From Candidatus Poribacteria bacterium (GTDB lineage Bacteria > Poribacteria > WGA-4E > WGA-3G), in contig OZ251518.1 of assembly GCA_965242965.1 (NCBI GenBank), positions 320,001-384,000 of the forward strand: 64,000 nucleotides of DNA, in the 5' to 3' direction. A program made the position numbers and the translations under genes. Below are positions 10,081 to 19,407 of this stretch, piece by piece. The notes under the pieces are model-generated. The model was not told where the DNA came from. It made no database searches and saw nothing but the letters and a program-made list of their open reading frames with translations. Position 1 is the stretch's first letter. Every line of letters begins with the position of its first letter.

Positions 10081-10151
10081 GTAACCAGCGATTCTTCGTG
10101 AGAGCGGATTGCTATATCCGCCTATAGATTTCATTGATTAAGGAGTGACGT

Positions 10152-11624
10152 ATGCCCAACCGCGACGCATTCATTGCAATTATCGACACCTTCAAGGCTG
10201 CCTCACCGGCAATTACAAAGGAACAGCGTATCGGCCTCCTCCGGCAAGCGACACAGCAGTACGGCCTGTCCTTTGAGGATGCTGAACAACTGCTGAAATC
10301 TTCCGGCTTAGTCGTCGGCGATGTCGTGAACTACTTTGAGGTGCTGGAACTTTCTATTGAGGAACTCCAGAACCAAACCGAGGCGGAGATAGCAACGCGC
10401 GTCGATACCGCCTACCACAAACTCTATCGCGCGTCATTGATTGCCGGTGTCCGCCCTGGCGAAGCGGAGCGGCGGACTACCCTGAATGAGGCACGGAAGA
10501 TTCTGAAAGACCGCGAGAAGCGGCGCGAACACATCGCAACACTCCAACCTGAAAGAGAATTAACTCCGATGCCTGACGAGAGAATACCCAGGCGCGAGAA
10601 CCCCTCACCTAGAGGCCCGAAAAGCTACTCCGTTGAGCAGAAGTTGGATGCGATTCTTCTTGTTATTGAGAAGGGTTATTCCGGTGCAGATGCCGCGAGA
10701 ACATTGGATCCGCCTGCTACCTCATCCACGGTCAACACTTGGGTTCGTCAGTTCACGGGCAGATACCGTTCAGGAGACCCGATGCCGGCAGACCGGATTC
10801 CTGCTTGGGTTGAGGAAGCGAGACAACTTCACCGGCAGAAATCGGGACAGGGAGATTCCTCCCACAGGGCCTCTGTGCCTCCCGGCATGGTCCTTATCCC
10901 CGCCGGCGATTTTCTGATGGGGAGCTACGATGGAGAAGACGACGAACAGCCGGTGCACACCGTCTATGTTGATGCGTTCTACATGGACACATGCCAAGTG
11001 ACGAATGCACAGTATAAGGTGTTCGTGGATGCAAACCCGCAGTGGCAGCAAGACAACATCCCGGATAAATACCACGATCTAGCAGCCTACCTTGAGCACT
11101 GGAGCGGCAACAGTTATCCGAGTGGGAAAGGCAACCATCCGGTGGTTAATGTGAGTTGGTATGCGGCGATGGCGTATGCGGAGTGGGCCGGCAAACGGCT
11201 GCCGACAGAGGCAGAGTGGGAGAAGGCGGCGCGCGGCGGCTTGGTGGGCAAGGAATACCCGTGGGGCGACACTATTGATACCACCAAGGCAAATTACGAT
11301 CTCAATGTTGGCGATACCACGCCGGTTGGGAGTTATGCCCCGAACGGATATGGTCTGTATGACATGGCAGGAAACGTGTGGGAGTGGTGTATTGATGCAC
11401 ATGATATCTATCCGCTTCCGGCGCGTCGGAATCCAGTGGCGGACTGGGCTGACAACGACTTCGCCCATGTTCAGCCCTACATCTTGCACGTGTTGCGCGG
11501 CGGCTCGTGGTACGGCGACGCGCAAGCACTGCGCGTCGCCGATCGCGGCTTCGATACGCCGGCGTATGCGGCGTATGCGTGCGACGAAGGCGGTTTTCGT
11601 TGTGCGAGGGACATAACGCCTTGA
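10152..11624 (+). CDS. J-like domain + HTH + FGE-sulfatase (SUMF1-like) domain protein
   Basis: NYFEVL...AYHKL...LNEARKILKDREKR (J-like, no HPD); YSVEQKLDAI...TVNTWVRQ (HTH); RLPTEAEWEKAARG, NGYGLYDMAGNVWEW, GFRC (FGE). Confidence 0.8.
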   Translation: MPNRDAFIAIIDTFKAASPAITKEQRIGLLRQATQQYGLSFEDAEQLLKSSGLVVGDVVNYFEVLELSIEELQNQTEAEIATRVDTAYHKLYRASLIAGVRPGEAERRTTLNEARKILKDREKRREHIATLQPERELTPMPDERIPRRENPSPRGPKSYSVEQKLDAILLVIEKGYSGADAARTLDPPATSSTVNTWVRQFTGRYRSGDPMPADRIPAWVEEARQLHRQKSGQGDSSHRASVPPGMVLIPAGDFLMGSYDGEDDEQPVHTVYVDAFYMDTCQVTNAQYKVFVDANPQWQQDNIPDKYHDLAAYLEHWSGNSYPSGKGNHPVVNVSWYAAMAYAEWAGKRLPTEAEWEKAARGGLVGKEYPWGDTIDTTKANYDLNVGDTTPVGSYAPNGYGLYDMAGNVWEWCIDAHDIYPLPARRNPVADWADNDFAHVQPYILHVLRGGSWYGDAQALRVADRGFDTPAYAAYACDEGGFRCARDITP

Positions 11625-11662
11625 ACCTTTATCTCCTTACCTCTTTCGATTTGTTAAACAAT

Positions 11663-11691
11663 TTGACAAACGAGTTTTCTCATGGTATCAT
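11663..11691 (+). promoter_or_regulatory. sigma70-like promoter of the thermonuclease gene
   Basis: TTGACA-17 nt-TATCAT with TG extension. Confidence 0.65.
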
Positions 11692-11831
11692 TTACTGAGA
11701 ACGTTTGCTTGCGTGTCAATTGCGATGGTTCGTGAACGGCCGCAATCGATGCGCGTCACTCGGCCTGTCGCTGCCCAATACGAGGATTCCAATCGTTAGT
11801 TATGAGATGTCTCTGCGAGAGGAGTGAAAAA

Positions 11832-12227
11832 ATGCAACAGTTTGCTCCAACACAAAACTTTGTCGTGACGAAAGTCATTGATGGGGATACGCTGGAAATT
11901 AGTCCTGAAATCCCCCTGCACGTTGCGCTCCAGCCGGCTGTAGAGAAATTAAGGGAAGTGCGTTATGCTGGCACTTCACCGGCATGGATGGTGAGCCCGC
12001 GGCCGCTCAAGCGGGTGCGTTTAGCGCATATAAACACCCCGGAACTCGGCACTCCTCGCGGAGACCGAGCTGCTCTCTATCTGAAGCATCTTTTAGAGGG
12101 AAAACGCGTGACGTTAAGACCCCTCGGTGTTTCCTATGACCGCGTTGTCGCCGACGTATGGCGATATCCCGACAACGTTTCTGTCAATGCAGCGATGCTT
12201 TATAAAGGCTATGCGAAACGCGCGTAG
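11832..12227 (+). CDS. Thermonuclease (SNase-like) family protein
   Basis: VTKVIDGDTL, VRLAHINTPE, YDRVVADV, SVNAAMLYKGYA; AGGAG RBS before ATG 11832. Confidence 0.85.
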   Translation: MQQFAPTQNFVVTKVIDGDTLEISPEIPLHVALQPAVEKLREVRYAGTSPAWMVSPRPLKRVRLAHINTPELGTPRGDRAALYLKHLLEGKRVTLRPLGVSYDRVVADVWRYPDNVSVNAAMLYKGYAKRA

Positions 12228-12309
12228 ACTTCGCTTAACAAAAATGCCGAGCAAATTTGACTTTTTTCTCAAAATAGTGTATCATTTTACCTATGATTGA
12301 TAACTAAGG

Positions 12310-12830
12310 TGAGGGTGTCTCATATCTCGCTCAATGTCGCGGGGACAGGCCCCCGCGCTACGATGAAAAAAACGCGGCCTCTTCACGTAGGGCGAGGGCC
12401 TGTCCCTCGCCATGCTCCGGTCTGCGCAGCAACCATCTGTCGGCTCTGGGCTGCGGACGTTTTCCGCAAAGGTTGAGAGATCGCGGGGGACAGGCCCCCG
12501 CGTTACGATGACAAAAAACGCCTCTCCTTCACGTAGGGCGAGGGCCTGTCCCTCGCCATGCTGCGATCGCGGGGGACAGGCCCCCGCGCTACGGTGAAAA
12601 TAACGCAGCTCTTTCACCGTAGCGCGGGGGCCCTCGGATGCCATACGCGCATCCGAGAGGGTTTCCCTCGCCATGCTGCGATCGCGGGGGACAAGCCCCC
12701 GCGCTACGGGAAAAAACGGCATCCCTTTCACCGTAGGGCGAGGGCCCTCGCAGGTTTCCACACGCCCATGCGTTTGGCTGGCAGACCGCATCACCCCTGT
12801 AGGGCAGGATCGCCCGATCCCAAACTACAG
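12310..12830. repeat. Mosaic REP-like palindrome cluster
   Basis: Repeated GTAGGGCGAGGGCCTGTCCCTCGCC and CGCGGGGGACAGGCCCCCGCGCTAC; begins with TGAGGGTGTCTCATATC. Confidence 0.85.
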
Positions 12831-12852
12831 ACTGATAGAAAGGACATAACCA

Positions 12853-15189
12853 ATGACAGACCCAAACAACCTCACACTCTGGTATCAAAAACCGGCCGAA
12901 GAATGGACAGAGGCTCTCCCTGTCGGAAACGGACGGCTCGGTGCCATGGTCTTCGGGGGTGTGGCACGAGAACGCATTCAACTTAACGAAGAAACGCTCT
13001 GGGACGGCGGTCCGCGCGATACGACGAATCCGCAGGCACTCGCGGCTTTGCCCAAGGTGCAACAACTCCTCTTTGAAGACAAGAACGAAGAGGCTACGAA
13101 ACTCGCCGGTGAAACGATGCTCGGCATCCCGGAACGCATCAAATCTTACCAATCCTTGGGCGAACTGGTTATCAATTTCTCTCACGATGGCGAGATAACC
13201 GATTATCGGCGCGAACTCAATTTAGATACCGGCATCGCGCGGACAACCTATCGCTGCGGCAATACAACCTTCACCCGCGAAGTGTTCGCAGCAGCCGTGA
13301 ATAACCTGATTGCTGTCCGAATTGAGTGTGACAGAGCAGCACAACTCAATATTCGCGCAACAATGACACGACAACAGGGTGCCATCTGCAACGGTATCCA
13401 CCTAGATACTCTCAGACTTGATGGAGAATGTAGCGATGAGGGGATGCGGTTTTCTGCCTACGTGAGGACGTGGGAAGACGGTGGTGTCCTGACTAACCGA
13501 AATGACGGTTGGCTCTCTCTCCGCGGCGCAGATGCAGTCACGTTCCTGCTCGCCGCGGCGACGAGTTATGTCAATCAGAACGATGCTACTGCTGAACCGC
13601 ACAACCGTTGCGAGGACACCTTCAAAACGCTAGGCGAAAAAGTTTACGAAGAAATCAAGGCTGAACACATCGCCGAGCATCAATCCCTTTTCCGGCGCGT
13701 TGAGTTGGATTTGGGGACAACCGACGCAGTCCATCTTCCTACCGATGAACGCTTGGAAGCCGTGAAGACTGGCGGGTTCGATCCGCACCTCATCGCGCTC
13801 TATTTCCAATTCGGACGGTATTTGCTGATGGGGAGTTCGCGGCCAGGGTGCTTGCCAGCGAATCTGCAAGGCATCTGGAATGAGCACATGAACGCGCCGT
13901 GGAACAGCGATTTCCACACCAACATCAATCTCCAGATGAACTATTGGGTGCCGGAAGTCTGCAACCTCGCCGAGTGCCACACGCCGTTGTTTGATTACAT
14001 GGACACGCTCGTGGCATCCGGAAACCGCACGGCGCAACGCCACTACGGTGCCGATGGTTGGGTGGTGCATCACCTCTCGGATGTGTGGGGTTTCACAACG
14101 CCGGCGGATGGCATCTGGGGTATCTGGCCGGTAGGCGCGGCGTGGTTATGTCAGCATGTGTGGGAGCATTATCTCTTCAGCGGCGATACGGAATTCCTCG
14201 CAAGACAGGGTTATCCGCTGATGAAAGGTGCCGCCCGTTTCATCCTTGATTTCCTTGTTGAGGCACCGGAAGGCACGCCTGTCGCGGGGAAACTGGTGAC
14301 GAATCCATCGCATTCGCCGGAAAATAGTTTTTTGAAGGCAGACAAAACGCGCTCGCTTTTCACCTACGCTGCTACCATGGATCTTGAGATTATCCATGAG
14401 TTGTTGACGAATTGCATCGCGTGTCTTGATGTTTTGAGGGGAGAAAACATCGAGAGCGGACAGGGTGACGTAGATTTCCGTGCAGAGTTGGTGTCCGCGC
14501 TGGAACGGCTTGCGCCGCTGCAAATTAGCGAGAAGACTGGGCGGCTTCAGGAATGGGTGTTTGACTACGATGAGCCGGAGCCGGGACATCGGCACATGTC
14601 GCACATGTATGCGCTCCATCCCGGTTGCCAGATTACGTTACGCGGCACACCAGAATTGGCAGCGGCGGCGAGGAAGTCATTGGAATATCGGTTGGCTCAC
14701 GGTGGTGGGCATACAGGGTGGAGTCGCGCGTGGCTTGTCAATTTCTGGGCGCGCCTTGAGGATGCCGAAGAGGCACACGCGCACCTCCAAGCACTGCTGG
14801 CGAAATGCACCTTGACGAATCTGTTTGATACACATCCCCCGTTCCAGATCGATGGTAATTTTGGCGGAACGGCTGGCATCGCAGAGATGTTGCTGCAGAG
14901 TCATGCCGATGAGATTCATCTGTTGCCCGCGCTGCCGAAAGCGTGGCGCACTGGACATGTCAAAGGATTACGTGCGCGCGGCGGGTTTACGGTGGACATC
15001 GCCTGGGAAGACGGCAGTCTCACCGAAGCGAAGATTCACTCCACGCTCGGGAGAGACTGCACGGTGCGGAGTGCGTCAGCGGTTAACGTCACCTGCGATG
15101 GAGAATCGATTGAGACAGCGCGGGCGGCGGCAGTTGTGAAGTTTCAAACTGAAGTGGAGCAAACCTATCTCCTTCGTGCTTTCGTTTAG
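12853..15189 (+). CDS. Glycoside hydrolase family 95 (alpha-L-fucosidase-like)
   Basis: [55 protein letters not shown]. Confidence 0.93.
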   Translation: MTDPNNLTLWYQKPAEEWTEALPVGNGRLGAMVFGGVARERIQLNEETLWDGGPRDTTNPQALAALPKVQQLLFEDKNEEATKLAGETMLGIPERIKSYQSLGELVINFSHDGEITDYRRELNLDTGIARTTYRCGNTTFTREVFAAAVNNLIAVRIECDRAAQLNIRATMTRQQGAICNGIHLDTLRLDGECSDEGMRFSAYVRTWEDGGVLTNRNDGWLSLRGADAVTFLLAAATSYVNQNDATAEPHNRCEDTFKTLGEKVYEEIKAEHIAEHQSLFRRVELDLGTTDAVHLPTDERLEAVKTGGFDPHLIALYFQFGRYLLMGSSRPGCLPANLQGIWNEHMNAPWNSDFHTNINLQMNYWVPEVCNLAECHTPLFDYMDTLVASGNRTAQRHYGADGWVVHHLSDVWGFTTPADGIWGIWPVGAAWLCQHVWEHYLFSGDTEFLARQGYPLMKGAARFILDFLVEAPEGTPVAGKLVTNPSHSPENSFLKADKTRSLFTYAATMDLEIIHELLTNCIACLDVLRGENIESGQGDVDFRAELVSALERLAPLQISEKTGRLQEWVFDYDEPEPGHRHMSHMYALHPGCQITLRGTPELAAAARKSLEYRLAHGGGHTGWSRAWLVNFWARLEDAEEAHAHLQALLAKCTLTNLFDTHPPFQIDGNFGGTAGIAEMLLQSHADEIHLLPALPKAWRTGHVKGLRARGGFTVDIAWEDGSLTEAKIHSTLGRDCTVRSASAVNVTCDGESIETARAAAVVKFQTEVEQTYLLRAFV

Positions 15190-15246
15190 GGCGCATTCGC
15201 GTGGTATGGCGAAGAGTCATCGGGAACACGCCCGACATACTCAAGT

Positions 15247-16515
15247 TCAGTACCGGTCTGGGGCCCAGAAGATGACATCGCGTTTAGGAAACAGCGCGGT
15301 TAAGAATGCGCCAGTTTCTGGGGGCACGGAAGTGCCGGGGTTTGCTTGTTCCCAGCCAAATTCTCCAAATAGGAGTTTCCAGAGTTCGTCTTCGGTTAAG
15401 GCTAAGTTAACCGCATTAACATCATTGACATCATTGACATCGTCGTTCACGATTTGCAGCGTCTCATCTCCATCGAACCGAAGCACTGCCTGCTGTCCGT
15501 TGAGCGTAAACTTGACTGCCAGCGCGGGAAACTTCTCGCCTGACGCGGCAAGCCGCGATTGCCATTCCAACACCACTCGCCGTAGGAGAACCGGAAAGTT
15601 CACGGCGTAGAGCATCATCGCGGAATCCCAGTTCTGATTGACAGGCGCATTGCATTGATGCACTAGGCGCGCTACAAACGGATGATTCGGTGGGAACATG
15701 CCAGATATGTCGTGAATGCCTTCCTCTTTGCACAAGCGCAGCAGGTGCGAAGCGAGCGCGTCTAAAACCGCCGGTTCTTCGTGGCGATACGCCACCTCGC
15801 GCACCTCCGCTGTCTCGCCATCGAGATGATAGTTGAGATACCCCGCAGTGGAGTCTGCATCCTCTGCACGATTTGTGGGCGTAGGCGCGAACCCCCGGTC
15901 TTGACGGACAACGACGGTAGGCAAAACCTCACGGATGCGAGAGGGTTGCATATCCCAATAAGCGCGCGTCCGAATGAGGCTGCCGCTCTGCACCGCGTTG
16001 CACGTATCATAAAGCCGCGCCACCGAATCTAAATGGGTTTCCAAATCGAAGGAGACAACCTGTCCGCGGTCGCCGTTGGCAACAGATTTTGCATCGCCTT
16101 GCGCGACGTGGAAGCCTTGCAACGGGAACGTCGTCCATCCCAATTTCTGGTAAAAATCGTTCGGGATGATGGTAAAAAGCATGCCGATGTCGCATCCGAT
16201 TGTCCGCAGGTACCCGATGATATCGCGCATCAGTGCTGAGGCATAGCCGACACCGCGATATTTTGGATGTGTGCAAACTCCGCCGATGCCGCCCATCGTC
16301 ACGATGGAAGTGCCCATCCGGATGCGCCGTTCCCAGACCCGGAGGGTTGACACTACTTTTTCGTTGACGACGACAACGCGCGTCTGCGAGGGGCGATAAC
16401 TGCTGTCCCCGTGCAAGTATTGCCAATAGCGTTCATGTCCATCGGGGTTGAAGGCGCGGCATGAAAGTTCAACTACCTGTGCTAATTCTGATTCGTGAGC
16501 TGCTCTGATTTCCAT
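15247..16515 (-). CDS. GNAT acetyltransferase, Eis-like
   Basis: GGIGGVCTHPKYRGVGYAS acetyl-CoA motif, FYQKLGW; probable start MEIRAA at 16515. Confidence 0.8.
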   Translation of the reverse strand: MEIRAAHESELAQVVELSCRAFNPDGHERYWQYLHGDSSYRPSQTRVVVVNEKVVSTLRVWERRIRMGTSIVTMGGIGGVCTHPKYRGVGYASALMRDIIGYLRTIGCDIGMLFTIIPNDFYQKLGWTTFPLQGFHVAQGDAKSVANGDRGQVVSFDLETHLDSVARLYDTCNAVQSGSLIRTRAYWDMQPSRIREVLPTVVVRQDRGFAPTPTNRAEDADSTAGYLNYHLDGETAEVREVAYRHEEPAVLDALASHLLRLCKEEGIHDISGMFPPNHPFVARLVHQCNAPVNQNWDSAMMLYAVNFPVLLRRVVLEWQSRLAASGEKFPALAVKFTLNGQQAVLRFDGDETLQIVNDDVNDVNDVNAVNLALTEDELWKLLFGEFGWEQANPGTSVPPETGAFLTALFPKRDVIFWAPDRY

Positions 16516-16529
16516 ATTTTTTAAGATTG

Positions 16530-16825
16530 CATGAGGGTGTTTCATAAAACCGTTGGTGCGCCCTCCCAGTCTCGGTGCAGGCGATGTTCCCGGTAGGAGA
16601 GACCTCCCGGTCTCGATGCAACACTTTACACCTTATTAAGGTCCTACAGACCTTGATAGGGTGCGGCACGTTTTTCTATAGACATTAAGGACCTAAAGGA
16701 CCTAAAAGAGGTATTTGATGGACGAAACGTTAGCGCGGGGGCCTGTCCCCCGTGAACGTTCGGTAACCCGAGGCATGGCGAGGGACAGGCCCTCGCCCTA
16801 CGGTGAAATCGGCGGATTGCTACAG
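16530..16825. repeat. Mosaic REP-like palindrome cluster
   Basis: TGAGGGTGTTTCATAAA end motif, GTAG hairpins, AAGGACCT units. Confidence 0.8.
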
Positions 16826-16843
16826 AGGTGATTGAAAGCGGGC

Positions 16844-17884
16844 CTACATTTCAAAGATGACCCCCAATGCCTCGTTTGGATGTTGGATTAACTTCTCGCA
16901 TCCTTCCGCCGCCTGAGTTATCGGCAGCATATCCGTGATGAGTGGTTGCACCTGAATTTTTCCTTCGGACATCAGCCGTAGCGCGAGTTCCAAATTGCGC
17001 TGTGTCGGCCAGGGGACAAACACCGGCGGATAATCCGCTCCGTGTTCATAATCTTCGTCGTGGTAGCCGGGGCCGGTGCGCGCCGCGCTGATAACATCCA
17101 CATTGCCGAGTCCCGCTGCAAACCCGTGCGTAATGCTTGCGCCGCCGACGATGACGATGCGTCCGACTTTGTGCGTGTCAGGTGCAGTCTTGAGCATCGC
17201 GCGGATCTGCTGAAACGCGCTCGTTGCATCGCCGCCGAAAGCGATGATGCCGCAATCCATGCCGTATCCGTTCGTGAATTCTTGCGCAACAGGCACTGCA
17301 TCGGTTTCCGAGACGTTGATGGTGCGATGAATACCTGCCGATTCAGCAATGTTGAGCCGTAACGGCAGCCTGTCCATGCCAATCACGTAAGCCCCCGCCG
17401 CCTTGGCTATCTGGCATGCGAATTGCCCGACGATGCCCAATCCTGCTACGACGACGTTTTCGCCGATGCGGATGCGCCCGCGTTGCACGGCGTGCAGTGC
17501 TGTCGCGGCGAGGTGGTTTGAGGCGGCTTCGGCATCACTGACGTTCGCCGGAATCTTCGCGCAGAGGTTATGCGGAACACAGGCGTAGGTGGCGTGTAGC
17601 GCGTAGCCGCCGCCCATGCCGGAGACTCTGTCGCCGATTTCAAACTCGTCGCAGTCGCCCTCTTTTCCGATGACGACCCCGGCGTTGGTATACCCGAAGG
17701 GCCTTTGCCGTTTGGTAGAGCCGGGGTTCTCCCTGCGCCGTTTGACACCGCCGAGTTCTGTGCCGGGGCTCACCATGGAGGCGCGCACTTCGATGAGCAG
17801 TTGTCCCGGTTTCGGTGCAGGCGTTTCCTGTTCTTCTGTCCAGATGTGGCCGGCTTCGTTCATCATTACGACTTTTCTGTTCAT
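16844..17884 (-). CDS. MDR-family (zinc-binding-type) alcohol dehydrogenase
   Basis: VSPGTE, PFGY..AG, GDRV, VAGLGIVG Rossmann motif. Confidence 0.85.
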   Translation of the reverse strand: MNRKVVMMNEAGHIWTEEQETPAPKPGQLLIEVRASMVSPGTELGGVKRRRENPGSTKRQRPFGYTNAGVVIGKEGDCDEFEIGDRVSGMGGGYALHATYACVPHNLCAKIPANVSDAEAASNHLAATALHAVQRGRIRIGENVVVAGLGIVGQFACQIAKAAGAYVIGMDRLPLRLNIAESAGIHRTINVSETDAVPVAQEFTNGYGMDCGIIAFGGDATSAFQQIRAMLKTAPDTHKVGRIVIVGGASITHGFAAGLGNVDVISAARTGPGYHDEDYEHGADYPPVFVPWPTQRNLELALRLMSEGKIQVQPLITDMLPITQAAEGCEKLIQHPNEALGVIFEM

Positions 17885-17915
17885 GAATGTTTTCCTTTCT
17901 CTGCGTTTTTACTGA

Positions 17916-17944
17916 ATTCTAGCCGATTTCCCGGTTATTGTCAA
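17916..17944 (-). promoter_or_regulatory. sigma70-like promoter
   Basis: TTGACA-17 nt-TAGAAT. Confidence 0.65.
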
Positions 17945-17959
17945 TATTTACACTGCTTT

Positions 17960-19365
17960 TATCGTAGCGCGGACGTAGCGGTGACAGGCCCCACGCTGCG
18001 GTGAAAAAAACGCCACCCTTCATTGTAGGGCGGTGGGAAAACCTGTCCCTCGCCAGCGTTTTGCTGCCAGATCTCCTCACCCCTATAGGTCAGGATCGCC
18101 CGATCCTGACCTGTTTGTGATCAGGCGATCACAAACTACAGAGGGGAAAACACATATCGAGACGATGGAACTCGCGTGGGAAACCCGCTCGGATGCGCGT
18201 ATGGTATCCGAGGGCACCCGCGCTACGATGAAAAAAAAACGCCCCCTCACCGTAGGGCGAGGGCCTGTCCCTCGCCATCGCTCGCGCAATCCAACACTCG
18301 CGGGGGACAGGCCCCCGCGCTACGGTGAAAAACGGTTCTTAGGTCCGTAGAACCTAGAAACATAACTTGACGATGGAGATCGCGGGGGACAGGCCCCCGC
18401 GCTACGGGCGGCGAAAATCCCCCCCTTCATCGTAGGGCGAGGGCCTGTCCCTCGCCATCGCTCGTGCTACGGAAAAACGTCTCTTGTTCTCTTCAGGTCC
18501 GTAGGACCTGAATGTCTATAGCAGCCAGCATGCAAAGAGCCCTAAGGGCCTTTAGGTCCTTAATATGATTTGCCATGCGGCGCGTGTTTTTTATTAAGGA
18601 CGTAAAGGACCTTGAAAAGGGGCCGACACGTTTTTCTATAGACATTAAGGTCCTAAAGGACCTAAAACGCCGCCCTGATGCACGAAAAAAACGGCGTGCG
18701 TTACCGTAGGGCGAGGGCCTGTCCCTCGCCATCGCTCGTGCTACGGAAAAAACGTCTCTTAGGTCCTTTAGGTCCTTAATGTCTATAGCCGCGCGCCTGC
18801 GAAGAACGCTAAGGTCCTTTAGGTCCTTAATGGATTTTGCCATGTCCGCGCGTGTGTTATTAAGGACCTAAAGGCCCTTGAAAACGGAAACGATACGTTT
18901 TTCTATAGACATTAAGGTCCTAAAGGACCTAAGACGGCAAATCGAGACCAGGAGGTCTCTCCTACCGGGAACGCTCGCGGGGGACAGGCCCCCGCGCTAC
19001 GGTTTGCCAGGCTGTCTCCCTCGTTACCGTAGGGCGAGGGCCTGTCCCTCGCCAGCGTTTTGCTGCCAGACCTCCTCCCCTCTGTAGGTCAGGATCGCCA
19101 GATCCTGACCTGTTTGTGATCAGGCGATCACAAACTACAGTGGGAGGGGCGCGGAGCGATCACAAACAACAGAGCACGAAACCTCTCCCCTCACCGTAGG
19201 GCGAGGGCCTGTCCCTCGCCATCGTCCGCGCACTCCAACGCTCGCGGGGGACAGGCCCCCGCGCTACGATGAAAAAACGCCACCCTCTCACCGTAGGGCG
19301 AGGGCCCCCGCGCTACGTGCGGCGAAAATCTCCCCCCTACACGGAATATATGAAATACCTTAACT
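17960..19365. repeat. Large (about 1.4 kb) mosaic REP-like cluster
   Basis: More than ten GTAG-type hairpins plus inverted AAGGTCC/GGACCT arrays; overlapping ORFs are repeat-derived. Confidence 0.88.
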
Positions 19366-19407
19366 TAATGATACCTTAAAAAGGCGTTTTTTGCAAGGAA
19401 TCTTCGG

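Noticed and set aside
10620-10760. IS3-type transposase remnant
   Set aside because: Only an HTH-like segment in frame inside a larger protein; no DDE domain or inverted repeats seen.
12291-12986. ORFs such as MARDRPSPY... and ...RGTGPRATV... here and in other repeat clusters
   Set aside because: They are translations of REP units in several frames, with no domain content or RBS.
17960-19365. Possible CRISPR array
   Set aside because: Repeats are palindromic, occur in both orientations with irregular and reused spacers, and no cas genes are present; the pattern fits REP clusters.
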